DNA of 53,507 nucleotides from positions 1 to 53,507 of the forward strand of contig PTLN01000001.1 in assembly GCA_002938125.1 (NCBI GenBank), given 5' to 3'. Within the stretch, counting starts at the first letter, position 1. Each line of letters starts with the position of its first letter. The position numbers were made by a program, and so were the translations under genes. Source of the stretch: Alphaproteobacteria bacterium MarineAlpha2_Bin1 (lineage in GTDB: Bacteria > Pseudomonadota > Alphaproteobacteria > SHVP01). A model generated the notes under the pieces. It did not search any database, had not been told where the DNA came from, and saw only the letters and a list, made by a program, of their open reading frames with translations. Below are positions 19,933 to 30,346 of the stretch, piece after piece.

Positions 19933-22656
19933 TTATTTTATAAACTTAACTTTTAAAGTTTTATCACCCAATAATCTCTCTCTATATTGCCAACCTGACA
20001 TTTTCTCAAAATTACCTTCCGCTAAGTCATACCAACTTCCCTTGTCTATATTCCTAGTTTGTTTGCAACCGCATATATAAATTCTATCTCTTGCTCTTGT
20101 CATTGCTACGTAAAATAATCTTAAATATTCTTGATATTCTTTTTCTTTATTAGATAAATTTATTCTAAAATATCTAGATTCTTTATTATCTGGCAATGCC
20201 GATGGAAACATAATAAAAGTAAAATTATTTTCTTTAACAATGTATGGATTTTTTTTATTTACTGGAACAGATGTTGTATCTGGAAGAAATACAATTGGAG
20301 ACTCTAGGCCTTTAGAACTATGAACTGTTAAAACTCTTACCTTGTTTTTAATACTCCCTAAGTCAATTTGATAACTAGTTGATGAATTTTCAAACCAATG
20401 AATAAATCCTTGAAAAGATATTATATTATTTTCTTCATATTCTAGAATTTGATTAAGAAACTCATCTATGATTTCATTGTTTTCTTTACCCAAATAGGTT
20501 AGAAATTTCTTTCTACCTCCTGAATCTAAAATTTCAGAAAAGAATTTAAATGGGCTATAAAAAGATTTTTTTTCTAATAAACTTCTTAAGGAATTATATA
20601 TTTCATTATATTTTTTATCCTGTTTAGAATAGTTTAAAAGAGAGTCCCATAAAGATTCTTGTCCTCTATCAATTGATAATGTAAACAGCTCATCCTCCGT
20701 TATGTTAAATAATGGGCCTTTTAAAACATTAGCTAAAATAAAATCATCATTTGGTAATAGTACAAACTGCATCAATTTTATTAAATCTTTGATAACTAAA
20801 TAGTCTTTTAATTTGATTTTTTCTGATGATACTACTGGTATACTATTTCTTTTAAGTTCACTTATTATCTTTTCGAATAATATCCCTCTTTTACGAACTA
20901 GAATCATTATATCTCCAGCATTTATAAATCTATTGGCTGATACTAAGATCTCTCCATCAACTAACCAATTTTTTATTTGAATTGAAATCAAACGAGCTAA
21001 CTCAGATTCAGATGATATAATTTCAAGTTGATTCACCGGTAAATCCCAGGCATTTCTTCGATTACTATGCTTTTCAATAAGTGGCCACATCTCGATCAAA
21101 CCAGAATCTTCCAGTCTAAATGTATTATGGTTACTCCATTTGTCCATTTTTGGAATTATTTGAGCATTACTCCCATAACCAAATATATGATCAACAAATT
21201 TTAATATTATTCCTAAACTTCTATAAGAAGTGCTTAGACTTCCTATTTCCAAATCAATATTTATTTCTTTTAAAAAATTTACAAATTTATTTTTAAAATT
21301 TTCTAAGTTTTCTGGATTAGCACCTTGAAAACTAAAAATAGACTGTTTCTCGTCTCCTACAACAAAAATAGTTTTGTCATTTTTATTAAAGGAATTTGTT
21401 GAAAATATTTCAGTTATTAAGGTGTACAACAAATTCCACTGCTCTAAACTTGTGTCTTGAGCTTCATCTATCAAAAAATGCTTAATTTGCTGATCAAACT
21501 TAAATAGAACCCAAGGCGATATATCGGTCTTCTTAAATAAATTCAAGGTAAAAAAAATTAAATCATCATAATCAAGTAAATTTAAATTTAATTTAATTTT
21601 TTGATATTCTATCATTATATATTTAAAAACCGTTAGCGAAGATATAATTTTACAAGAAATATTAATAAATGAAATTTTTTCTTGAACTTTAAAAATTTTT
21701 TCTGCTTCTGCATTTATGTCAGCTAATAAATTAGGGTATTTATTTAATATTTTTTTGGACAATATATTTTTAGATATAGAATTTTTTTTTGTTAAAAAAA
21801 CAGATCTATAATTCTCCCAACCCCTTTCCCTTTGCCTTTCCTTACTATTTAACCAATTATCAATAATTCTGCTATTTAAATTATCTTTTGAAGTTCCTTC
21901 TAATAATTTATTTACTAGATTTGATAATGATTGCAATCTACTTTTACTTAGTTGACAAGCTTTGCTGATTAATGAGGATGGAGTTTCTAATCTTTCTAGA
22001 TCAAACAACTGATAAATATATTCTATGACTTTTTCAAGTTCTTTAGAATCAGACCATATTTTACTTAAACTGATTCTTTTTGATATAAGCTCAGAAAACA
22101 GTTCATTAAACCTTTTTTCATCATTTTTGATTACTAAATATTTAAGTGAATTATCAAATTCCGGATTACCCCTATATTTTTTAAATGCCAAATTTCTTGC
22201 TTCTAAAATATAATTATCTATTTCATTTGCTGCTAGTACTGAAAAGTTTGGAAGCACTCCAGCCTCAATAGGAAATTTTTTTAAAATATTTTCACAAAAA
22301 CTATGTATAGTTTGTATGTTAATAGAAGGGTAATCCTCTAACAATCTTAAAGATAATGACCTTACCCTATTTAGATCTAATTTTTTTGAAACATTGTATT
22401 TTCTTAAATTTATTTTAAGTTGATGATCGTCTAAATTGGCCCATTGGAATAATCTCTGACTAATTCTATCATGCATTTCAATAGATGCTGCTTTAGTGAA
22501 GGTAAGGCACAATATTTGAGATGGCGAGACACCGCTAATAAGTAATTCTATTATCCTTTCTACAAGTTTACTTGTTTTTCCTGATCCGGCTGATGCTGTT
22601 ATCCATAAGCTCGATAAATCAGCGTAAATCTGTTTTTGATTTTCAATCTTTTTCAT
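19933..22656 (-). CDS. addA: AddA-type UvrD/Rep-family helicase (double-strand break repair), short form without C-terminal nuclease domain
   Basis: 907 aa. Walker A ASAGSGKTS, LCLTFTKAA, Walker B IDEAQDTS, VVGDEKQSIFSFQGA, motif VI YVAMTRARDRIYI. Lies directly downstream of addB. Only about 50 aa follow motif VI. Confidence 0.85.
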   Translation of the reverse strand: MKKIENQKQIYADLSSLWITASAGSGKTSKLVERIIELLISGVSPSQILCLTFTKAASIEMHDRISQRLFQWANLDDHQLKINLRKYNVSKKLDLNRVRSLSLRLLEDYPSINIQTIHSFCENILKKFPIEAGVLPNFSVLAANEIDNYILEARNLAFKKYRGNPEFDNSLKYLVIKNDEKRFNELFSELISKRISLSKIWSDSKELEKVIEYIYQLFDLERLETPSSLISKACQLSKSRLQSLSNLVNKLLEGTSKDNLNSRIIDNWLNSKERQRERGWENYRSVFLTKKNSISKNILSKKILNKYPNLLADINAEAEKIFKVQEKISFINISCKIISSLTVFKYIMIEYQKIKLNLNLLDYDDLIFFTLNLFKKTDISPWVLFKFDQQIKHFLIDEAQDTSLEQWNLLYTLITEIFSTNSFNKNDKTIFVVGDEKQSIFSFQGANPENLENFKNKFVNFLKEINIDLEIGSLSTSYRSLGIILKFVDHIFGYGSNAQIIPKMDKWSNHNTFRLEDSGLIEMWPLIEKHSNRRNAWDLPVNQLEIISSESELARLISIQIKNWLVDGEILVSANRFINAGDIMILVRKRGILFEKIISELKRNSIPVVSSEKIKLKDYLVIKDLIKLMQFVLLPNDDFILANVLKGPLFNITEDELFTLSIDRGQESLWDSLLNYSKQDKKYNEIYNSLRSLLEKKSFYSPFKFFSEILDSGGRKKFLTYLGKENNEIIDEFLNQILEYEENNIISFQGFIHWFENSSTSYQIDLGSIKNKVRVLTVHSSKGLESPIVFLPDTTSVPVNKKNPYIVKENNFTFIMFPSALPDNKESRYFRINLSNKEKEYQEYLRLFYVAMTRARDRIYICGCKQTRNIDKGSWYDLAEGNFEKMSGWQYRERLLGDKTLKVKFIK

Positions 22657-22667
22657 TTATTTAGAGT

Positions 22668-25634
22668 TTATTTTTTATCCATCCATATATCATACCTAGA
22701 CAATTGACGGTACTCATCATAAATCTTATTATCATGCCAAGGGTTAAATAAGTACGGTGTTTTTGGATTATCAAATTCATATATAAGTTTTTTTAAACCA
22801 TTTTCGGCGTCATTAATCAAATTATTGATATTTTTCAAATTTTTAAAACCCCTGTCATTAGAACTAGCAAGCTTCAAATATTTTAGATAACTTACTTTCT
22901 TAAAATCTACTTTTTCAAACTTACCTAATTCAGCTATCAAACCTAATAATTGCAGCTGAGGCTTTATCCCTTTTTCAATTTCTGATTTATTTGGTATTGA
23001 AGCTGTTTTATAATCAATTATACCACAGCATCCATCATCTAAAATTTCTATTCTATCAGCCTTTCCTTTTAACTCAAATTTCCCAAACTTCGTTTTAAAA
23101 ATATAGGATCCTCTTTCTTCAGTGATTAGTTTATCTTCAAAGAGGTTCCTCTGATTATTAATGCACCATGAAGCTATTTCCTCAAACCTTGGCCACCAGA
23201 AACTATTAATTATGGGATTATTCATCCTGGAACTAAGTAAAGTTTTTCCAACATTTAGAAGATTTTCTATACTTGGTTTAATTCCATTAAAAGAAACTTC
23301 TTTAGAAAAAATTTCTAGCGCTTTATGAATAAACTGCCCTTGTTTACTTAAATCTGGTTCAAAGCTAATAGGGTTTAGTGGTTTTATTCCTAATATTTTT
23401 TTTACATATAGTGCGTATGGATTATTGATTAGTAAATCAACATCTGTAATTGACAAAGTTCTAGGCCTATATTTCAAAGGAGGGCGAACTATGGGCGCAT
23501 CTGATTCTATGAAAAGATCTGGTTCATAAAAAGCATTAGCAATAATCTTAATATCTGTTTCCTTATTTATCTCTATTTTACTTTGCGGTCCGATTAAATT
23601 ATTTATTCGTACAAGCCACCTAGATGGAGATGTTTGTTTTCTATTTTTTATAATAGATCTTGTTAAATATACTTCTGAAGAGCATATGTTCTGAACAAAA
23701 TCATGTGCTAAAAGACTGATTCTTCTTTGTTCTATATTGATACCTAATTTTTTCTTAATACTTAGAGAGAGCCATGGACTTGTCTCTTTTATTGATGACC
23801 ATGAGTCTTCATTTAAGTCGGACAGTATTACAACATCTGATTTATGTAATCTAGATTCAAAAGGTGTCCAAATATTTACTCTGAATTCATTTTTAAAATT
23901 TCTCTCTTCTAAAATTGTATTAAATATTTTAAATAAAAAATTTGTATAATTTTTTCTATCAATTAATTCTATATCTGTGATGTTACTGAATATAATATTA
24001 ATTTTATTAATATTTTCTATAAGTTTTTGATTTTTAGTTATACTATCATTCTTGCAAAAAAAATCCCTTCTAGAGTTACACCAAAGAACTAATTCAATAT
24101 TATATTGAAATAATTTCTTTATATTATTTTCTGCTTTATCAAATTTTCTTCTGTATTCTAAAACCGTATTTAAAATATCAATTATCCAAAGATTAAACTC
24201 AATATTATTTTGCAAATACTCTGTTTTATCCTCAAGACATTCGCTTCTATTTACTAAATTTATTATTTGCTCAATACTATTAATAGGAAATGGCTTTCTA
24301 AGATATTTTTTTTCAAAATATTCTATACCAGAAATATGGTTACTCTGATTTTGCGCGAATGAAAGTTCATGTTTAAATAGAGATAACAAATTAACAAGAG
24401 TGAAGTCTTCAGATAAAAATTTTGCTCCATTTAATATAAAATTTCCCTCTAGTGTGTTACTTAAATTATTATTAGAGAAATTAATTTCTTTAATTTTTCT
24501 TCTTTCTAATTCAGTTAATACTCTCCTAACTAAAGATCTATTTAATGTTACTAAAGAAATACTTTTGTTTGTTTTTTTAAAAGTTTCGTTAATAATAGCA
24601 CAAATTACTCTTGATTCTTCATTCTCTGAATTACAGTATATTCTATAAAATCTATCTAAATTATATTTTGATTTACTTTTTTTACTCCAGTTATCAATTT
24701 TTTCTAACGGCGTCATAATTTGACTAACAAAAAAATCTCTATCAACATTTCGAAGATTCTTGTCTTCATTCCATTTACTAAGATTTCCTCTGTTAACACT
24801 AAGACTTGATAGTAATGTTTTTATATTGAATTGAGGATGTTTTTCATCGACATATTTCCAACTATCAGAATCTAGATTTATGTCAACTCCTGGAATAATT
24901 ATGATACCTTTGGGTAGAGTCGATATAAGTTGAATAAGTTTTCTTGTTACTGGCACACTTCCAGTTGAGCCAGCAATAATAACATGAGATGAGGGAGGTT
25001 TTTCTTTCCACGTTTTAATTAAATTATTTATTGCATGGTAGTAATTATCAGCTTTGCTTGAAATATAATTTTCTTTTGCTATTTTTGGCCATGATTGCAT
25101 AATTATATTTAAAAAACTACCCACATCTCTCCAATGAAATGCAATATCACTAGGTATAATTTTTGCTAAAGTATTTTCATTAAATTGATTTATATCAGTT
25201 TCATCAAGTAACTTTCCCAATTCCTCTGAGAGATCTAATAAATTTTTAATATCTTCATTTGGTCTACCTTGATGCTTTTTCCACTGATTGATTAGCTTGG
25301 AAAGTAAGACAGATCTACTAACTTCAGAAATTAATATAGATAGTTTGTTAATTTCTTTTTCCTCAAATTTTTCATGAAAATCATTTTTGAATAAGAAGTT
25401 ATCATTACTTAAATAAGAGAGATCTCCTAATGAAATTACTTCAGGTTTATTTTTCCTATCTATTTTCACTTTTTTTATTATAGCTTTTTCAAAACTCACT
25501 ACTGATTTCTTCGTTGGTAAAAAAATTTTAATTTTACTTAACTCTACAATATCTTGAAAACGATCTTGTATACCTGATGCCAAAGCATCAATAAAATTTG
25601 AACCTGATTGAATATAAAAAATTTTATTTTCCAT
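22668..25634 (-). CDS. addB: AddB (alphaproteobacterial type) double-strand break repair protein with PD-(D/E)XK nuclease C-terminus
   Basis: 988 aa. Degenerate P-loop-like IIAGSTGSVPVT. C-terminal nuclease motifs GKADRIEIL...GIIDYKT...QLQLL. Conserved amgK-murU-addB-addA-trxA order. Confidence 0.8.
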   Translation of the reverse strand: MENKIFYIQSGSNFIDALASGIQDRFQDIVELSKIKIFLPTKKSVVSFEKAIIKKVKIDRKNKPEVISLGDLSYLSNDNFLFKNDFHEKFEEKEINKLSILISEVSRSVLLSKLINQWKKHQGRPNEDIKNLLDLSEELGKLLDETDINQFNENTLAKIIPSDIAFHWRDVGSFLNIIMQSWPKIAKENYISSKADNYYHAINNLIKTWKEKPPSSHVIIAGSTGSVPVTRKLIQLISTLPKGIIIIPGVDINLDSDSWKYVDEKHPQFNIKTLLSSLSVNRGNLSKWNEDKNLRNVDRDFFVSQIMTPLEKIDNWSKKSKSKYNLDRFYRIYCNSENEESRVICAIINETFKKTNKSISLVTLNRSLVRRVLTELERRKIKEINFSNNNLSNTLEGNFILNGAKFLSEDFTLVNLLSLFKHELSFAQNQSNHISGIEYFEKKYLRKPFPINSIEQIINLVNRSECLEDKTEYLQNNIEFNLWIIDILNTVLEYRRKFDKAENNIKKLFQYNIELVLWCNSRRDFFCKNDSITKNQKLIENINKINIIFSNITDIELIDRKNYTNFLFKIFNTILEERNFKNEFRVNIWTPFESRLHKSDVVILSDLNEDSWSSIKETSPWLSLSIKKKLGINIEQRRISLLAHDFVQNICSSEVYLTRSIIKNRKQTSPSRWLVRINNLIGPQSKIEINKETDIKIIANAFYEPDLFIESDAPIVRPPLKYRPRTLSITDVDLLINNPYALYVKKILGIKPLNPISFEPDLSKQGQFIHKALEIFSKEVSFNGIKPSIENLLNVGKTLLSSRMNNPIINSFWWPRFEEIASWCINNQRNLFEDKLITEERGSYIFKTKFGKFELKGKADRIEILDDGCCGIIDYKTASIPNKSEIEKGIKPQLQLLGLIAELGKFEKVDFKKVSYLKYLKLASSNDRGFKNLKNINNLINDAENGLKKLIYEFDNPKTPYLFNPWHDNKIYDEYRQLSRYDIWMDKK

Positions 25635-25643
25635 TTTAGAAAT

Positions 25644-26372
25644 TCATTTTTTTAAATTTTTCTCTGCATATATTAACTCTTCTGGAGTGCCTACATGTAA
25701 CCAATCACCTGAATATATTAGCCCATGAAGTTTCTTTTTTTTGATTGATTCATCCCAAAGTTTATTAATTGAAAAAGTTTTCCCAGATAATCCTTCAAAA
25801 TTAGAAATACTAGAAAGACAGAGGCCAGTATATATATATTGAACTGAACTATTACTTTTTGCTCTTGTTACACAGTTATATTGATCTATGAGAAAATCAC
25901 CTGTACTGGAGTAGTATTTAGCTTTTTCTAATGGAAATAACAATAATAGAAAGTCCATTAATTTTGGATCCCATTGTTCAATCATCTTATTCATTACATT
26001 AATTTTTCTATCAACTCTTATTGTATCAGAATTTAATATGAAAAAAGGATTTGAAGATATCAGCTTTAATCCCTTTGCAATCCCTCCTCCAGTATCAAGA
26101 AGTTTTTCATCTTCCAATGAAAATTTGATTACAGGTTTTTTTAAAATTTTTGATCTCATATTTAGATATGATTTTAACTGTTTAGATTTGTAATGTAGAT
26201 TTATTACTAAATTATCAATTCCAAAATTTATTAAATGTTCTAGAGAGTATTCTATTAAAGGCTTATTATTAACTTTCACCAGAGGTTTAGGAATATCATC
26301 AGTTAAATGTTCCATTCTTTTTCCTAATCCTGCAGCTAGAATAAATGCATCAATTTTCTTTTTTTCAACCAT
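25644..26372 (-). CDS. murU: Nucleotidyltransferase, MurU-like (MurNAc-1-P uridylyltransferase)
   Basis: 242 aa. Sugar-nucleotidyltransferase N-terminus ILAAGLGKRMEHLTDDIPKPLVKV. Paired with an AmgK-like kinase through an 8-nt overlap. Confidence 0.7.
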   Translation of the reverse strand: MVEKKKIDAFILAAGLGKRMEHLTDDIPKPLVKVNNKPLIEYSLEHLINFGIDNLVINLHYKSKQLKSYLNMRSKILKKPVIKFSLEDEKLLDTGGGIAKGLKLISSNPFFILNSDTIRVDRKINVMNKMIEQWDPKLMDFLLLLFPLEKAKYYSSTGDFLIDQYNCVTRAKSNSSVQYIYTGLCLSSISNFEGLSGKTFSINKLWDESIKKKKLHGLIYSGDWLHVGTPEELIYAEKNLKK

Positions 26373-27351
26373 TAAATTCAGAGACTTCTTTGGGTATGAA
26401 GTATTTATAAGAGTTAGCTAAATTTTTAAGTTCAGGGTTTTTTAAATTATCAATTAAATTTTCCCAAACTCTATTCATATATTTTTGGTAACCTACTTTG
26501 TTATCTCTTAATTTTAGCCTTGCAAATACACCTAGGATTCTCGTATTCCTTTGAGCGCCAACGAAATCATAGATTAGATTAAATTCATCCTTTGAACCTC
26601 TATAAGATTTTAGATAACGGTTTTTTAATTTTTTTTGTAATTTTTCATTTACATTTATTCTGGCATCCTGCAATAAAGAAACAAGATCGTATACTTGAGG
26701 TCCTATTAAAGCATCTTGAAAATCTAAAATGCCAACTCTTCTGTGATTTGTTCGGTTTTTTAACCAAACTAAATTATCAATATGATAATCAAAATGGGTA
26801 ATTACATTTGATTTAGAGTGAATGATTTTTGCTATTTCTTTCCAGTTATTTATAAAATTATTACGTAATATTAGATTTTTAGTATCTCCAAAGTAATAAG
26901 GTACTGTCCACTCTAAAAAAATTGAAACTTCCTTCAAAATTCTATTCTCAGAAAAAATCTCTAAGTCTCCTGGTATATTTGCATTTTGCAAAATACCCAA
27001 AACATCAACTGCACTCTCATACAAATAGTCATATTCAGAATTATTCTGTATAAAATTATTATATGTTTCGTCACCAAAATCTTCCAGTAAGAAAAAACCT
27101 TTTTCAATATCTTTAATGAATATTTTAGGAACACTTAAACCTAGATTCTCGAAAATATCTGCTATACTTAAAAATTTTTCTAAATTGATTGATTCCTGGT
27201 CATCCATTAATATTATACTTTTTTTCTGGTTATATATCCTAGCATACCTTCTATTAGAAGCATCGCTCTTCATTAAGATTATTTGCTCTGGTTTTATATC
27301 ATTTTTTATTAGAAAATCTTCTAATTGATTTAATTTATTTTTTTTTATCAT
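26365..27351 (-). CDS. amgK: Aminoglycoside-phosphotransferase-fold kinase, AmgK-like (anomeric MurNAc/GlcNAc kinase)
   Basis: 328 aa. SDASNRRYARI, HFDYHIDNL and ILDFQDA motifs. Lies between tsaE and murU. Confidence 0.7.
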   Translation of the reverse strand: MIKKNKLNQLEDFLIKNDIKPEQIILMKSDASNRRYARIYNQKKSIILMDDQESINLEKFLSIADIFENLGLSVPKIFIKDIEKGFFLLEDFGDETYNNFIQNNSEYDYLYESAVDVLGILQNANIPGDLEIFSENRILKEVSIFLEWTVPYYFGDTKNLILRNNFINNWKEIAKIIHSKSNVITHFDYHIDNLVWLKNRTNHRRVGILDFQDALIGPQVYDLVSLLQDARINVNEKLQKKLKNRYLKSYRGSKDEFNLIYDFVGAQRNTRILGVFARLKLRDNKVGYQKYMNRVWENLIDNLKNPELKNLANSYKYFIPKEVSEFNG

Positions 27352-27808
27352 AACTAATTATTCTATTTTTCCATATACCAAAACTTTTAAATGTTATGAT
27401 CCTTCCATTTATATCATTACTTAAAATTTTTAGGTCAACCTCTAGCCTATTTTTTGGAAATAGGTTCTTAATTATCTCTGGCCATTCAATTATTAGTATA
27501 CCCTGGTCTAATGCATCCTCAATTCCAAGCTCCCAAACTTCACTAGATTTATTCAATCTATATAAATCAAAATGCCAAATAGTGTTAAATTTATTTTTAT
27601 AAGTAAATACAAAATTAAAAGTTGGACTTGGAACACTAGTTTTTCTTGAGCAAAAAAATTGTATGAAATATTTAGCAAAAGTAGTTTTGCCAGATCCAAC
27701 ATCACCCTTTAAAGCAATAAATTCATTTTTCTGACAGAGTTGAGCTACGCCATTGGCTAAATCTTTGATTTCATTTTCATTATATATCTGTATTTTCTGT
27801 GTAATTAT
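27335..27808 (-). CDS. tsaE: tRNA t6A37 biosynthesis ATPase TsaE (YjeE), apparently with a non-canonical start codon
   Basis: The track lists only the C-terminal 73 aa (27335-27556). The same frame stays open upstream and encodes the TsaE P-loop and core (LKGDVGSGKTTFAKYF...VPSPTFNFVFTY...WHFDLYRL). There is no ATG/GTG/TTG between the in-frame TGA (27812-27814) and the TTG at 27556. ATA 27808 or ATT 27805 lie 7-10 nt after a GGAG. From ATA the product is about 157 aa, the usual TsaE size. Confidence 0.75.
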   Translation of the reverse strand: MITQKIQIYNENEIKDLANGVAQLCQKNEFIALKGDVGSGKTTFAKYFIQFFCSRKTSVPSPTFNFVFTYKNKFNTIWHFDLYRLNKSSEVWELGIEDALDQGILIIEWPEIIKNLFPKNRLEVDLKILSNDINGRIITFKSFGIWKNRIISYDKKK

Positions 27809-27934
27809 CTCTCAACTCCATAAAAAAATTATTTTAAATAGATAGTTTGCCTTAACTGCTTAGGCTACTTGTTATATAATCCTTTGAGTGTTAAAGTTAT
27901 AAATGTATTTTAAGATATAAACATAATTTTATCT

Positions 27935-28642
27935 ATGAATAAAGCAATTGCTCTTGTTGACGATGATAGAAATATATTAACGTCTATATCGATTGCTCTC
28001 GAAACTGAGGGCTTTAAAGTGCATTCTTACACAGATGGTTTAGAAGCACTTGAAGGATTAAAAAAACAACCAGTAGAGTTAATTATTCTCGATTTAAAAA
28101 TGCCAGTTATGGATGGGATGGAAATGCTGTCCCAGTTAAGAAAAAATAGTAAAATTCCAGTTATAATTCTTACTTCAAAAGATGATGAAATAGATGAAGT
28201 CCTAGGTTTAAAAATGGGCGCGGATGACTATATAAAAAAACCATTCTCCCAAAGATTACTTACAGAAAGAGTGAAAACGCTATTAAGAAGAGTTTCTAAT
28301 GAAAAAAAGATTACTGAAAAAGTAATTTTAACCAAAGAAAATGAAAAAATTTTAAGAGGGCAACTTGAATTAGATTTGCTTCAACACAGATGCATATGGA
28401 AGGGAAAAGAGCTTCAGCTTACTGTTACAGAATTTATTATATTAAAGGACTTAGCAATGAGACCTGGCCATGTTAAAAGTAGAGAACAATTGATGGATGC
28501 AGCATATAGTGAACATGCATATGTAGACGATAGAACAATTGATAGCCACATCAAAAGACTTAGAAAGAAATTTAGGAATATTGATAAATCTTTTGATTAT
28601 ATAGAAACTTTATATGGATTAGGTTACAAATTCCGTGAGTAA
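27935..28642 (+). CDS. chvI: OmpR-family response regulator, ChvI-like
   Basis: 235 aa. The N-terminus [25 protein letters not shown]...[12 protein letters not shown]...[33 protein letters not shown] closely matches my memory of rhizobial ChvI. Winged-helix C-terminus. Confidence 0.8.
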   Translation: MNKAIALVDDDRNILTSISIALETEGFKVHSYTDGLEALEGLKKQPVELIILDLKMPVMDGMEMLSQLRKNSKIPVIILTSKDDEIDEVLGLKMGADDYIKKPFSQRLLTERVKTLLRRVSNEKKITEKVILTKENEKILRGQLELDLLQHRCIWKGKELQLTVTEFIILKDLAMRPGHVKSREQLMDAAYSEHAYVDDRTIDSHIKRLRKKFRNIDKSFDYIETLYGLGYKFRE

Positions 28643-30251
28643 AATAGAAAATAAATTTCTAGTTGGCCAAGATAGAAAAAGAAAAAAATGGAAAACAATA
28701 ACTGTAAGAATTCTTACTATAAATATTTTTGGTTTATTAATTTTGATGGGAGGCATGCTCTACCTCAATCAGTTTAGGGAAGGGCTAATTAATTCAAAAA
28801 TAATCTCATTAACTAATGAGGGATCTGTTGTTGCTGGAGCACTAAGTCAAAGCGCCTTAGATTTAGACAAAAATTATGATTATTTCTTAAATAGATCAAA
28901 AACTAATTCTCTTCTTAGAAGAATGGTAAATACTACTTCAAAAAGAGCAAGGGTATTTAACTCAGAAGGTGATCTTATATCAGATAGCAGGATTATTCTA
29001 GAAGCAGGTAGGAACGTACAAGCAGAGGATCTCCCTAATGATTTTTTTGAGGGTTTGTTATATAAAATTTATAGTCAAATTAAATCAATAATTCCGTGGT
29101 CTAACTCATATTATAATAAATTACCGAAGTACTCAGAGAATATTCCTCAATTAGCCAGTGACTATAATGAAGTAAGTTTAGCTCTATTAGGTGAAACCCA
29201 TTATGCTTTAAGATCATCTAAAAAGAATCTTATAATTTCAGTTGCAGTACCTATTCAATCCTTTAAAACAGTTCAAGGTGCCTTACTATTATCGACAAAT
29301 ACCACGGATATTGACGAGAGAGTATCCCAATTTCAAATGAATATAATTAAGGTTTCAGGTCTATCTTTACTAATTACGATTTTACTATCTTTATATTTAT
29401 CAAATGTTCTAACAAGCCCAGTTAAACAACTTGCAAGAGCGGCAAATAGAGTTAGAAATATAAATTATAGGCAGATTGAAATTCCAGACTTCACCTCTCG
29501 TGAAGATGAGATTGGTGATCTTTCCTATGCAATAAGAGACATGACTCAGGCATTATATAATCGTATCGATGCTATTGAGTCATTTGCAGCTGATGTATCT
29601 CATGAAATAAAAAATCCTCTTACAAGTCTGGGCAGTGCCATAGATGCCTTCAATAAAGTATCAGATAAAAGTAAACAGGAAAAACTAGTTAGCATAATGA
29701 AGCTCGACCTTAAAAGGATTGATAGATTAATAACGGATATCTCAAATGCGTCAAGACTAGATGCCGAGCTTTCAAGAAGCAACATGAGACCGATAAATAT
29801 AATAAATCTTTTAGAAACTATTTTAATTGTCTATAAAACAAAGGGGTGGCAAAATAAAATAATTCTTGAGTCAGAGTTCAAAGAACTTTGGATAACTGGT
29901 ATAGAAGATAGTATTGGACAGATAATTAAAAATTTAGTTGATAATGCCATAAGTTTCTCACCAAAATCAAAACCTATAAAACTTAAAGCATGGCAAATAA
30001 AAAATTCTATTTTTATATCGTGTGAAGATGAAGGCCCTGGTTTCAGATTCAATGATATGGACAAAATTTTTGACAGATTTTATACAAAACGGTCCTCAGA
30101 GGAATCATTCGGAAAACATTCAGGCCTTGGATTATATATCTCAAAAAAAATTGCTAAAGTTCATGGTGGGCAAATTTCAGCGAAAAATAAAAAAGATGCC
30201 GTGGGGAATATAATTGGAGCAATATTTATTTTGGAAATTCCTGTTCAGTAG
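28635..30251 (+). CDS. chvG: Sensor histidine kinase, ChvG/ExoS/BvrS-like
   Basis: 538 aa. GTG start overlapping chvI by 8 nt. Two TM helices flank a periplasmic domain, followed by HAMP, H-box [12 protein letters not shown]-box [11 protein letters not shown]1 DEGPGF and G2 [10 protein letters not shown]. Confidence 0.7.
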   Translation: MSKIENKFLVGQDRKRKKWKTITVRILTINIFGLLILMGGMLYLNQFREGLINSKIISLTNEGSVVAGALSQSALDLDKNYDYFLNRSKTNSLLRRMVNTTSKRARVFNSEGDLISDSRIILEAGRNVQAEDLPNDFFEGLLYKIYSQIKSIIPWSNSYYNKLPKYSENIPQLASDYNEVSLALLGETHYALRSSKKNLIISVAVPIQSFKTVQGALLLSTNTTDIDERVSQFQMNIIKVSGLSLLITILLSLYLSNVLTSPVKQLARAANRVRNINYRQIEIPDFTSREDEIGDLSYAIRDMTQALYNRIDAIESFAADVSHEIKNPLTSLGSAIDAFNKVSDKSKQEKLVSIMKLDLKRIDRLITDISNASRLDAELSRSNMRPINIINLLETILIVYKTKGWQNKIILESEFKELWITGIEDSIGQIIKNLVDNAISFSPKSKPIKLKAWQIKNSIFISCEDEGPGFRFNDMDKIFDRFYTKRSSEESFGKHSGLGLYISKKIAKVHGGQISAKNKKDAVGNIIGAIFILEIPVQ

Positions 30252-30346
30252 GAAAATGAGCATGAATTGACAAATTAATGTTGCAGCATGGTATTTACAC
30301 TGATAAACCATTACTAACATTCAAATAATGAATCAAAGAGTATTAA

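Noticed and set aside
22668-23500. Apparent absence of the Fe-S 'iron staple' cysteines in the AddB nuclease domain (C-terminus reads ...IYDEYRQLSRYDIW)
   Set aside because: From memory, alphaproteobacterial-type AddB proteins generally end in a Cys-free YDDY..LARV.EW-like motif. This is therefore probably typical of the family and not a lineage-specific loss. It would need an alignment to say more.
30252-30346. Possible SAH/SAM-type riboswitch in the ahcY leader
   Set aside because: The 95-nt leader is AT-rich and has no GC-rich pseudoknot-forming stems or conserved SAH-element blocks that I can recognise. The same holds for the 259-nt motA leader (31754-32012) and the SBP leader (45681-45916), where I recognise no glycine, SAM or other riboswitch core.
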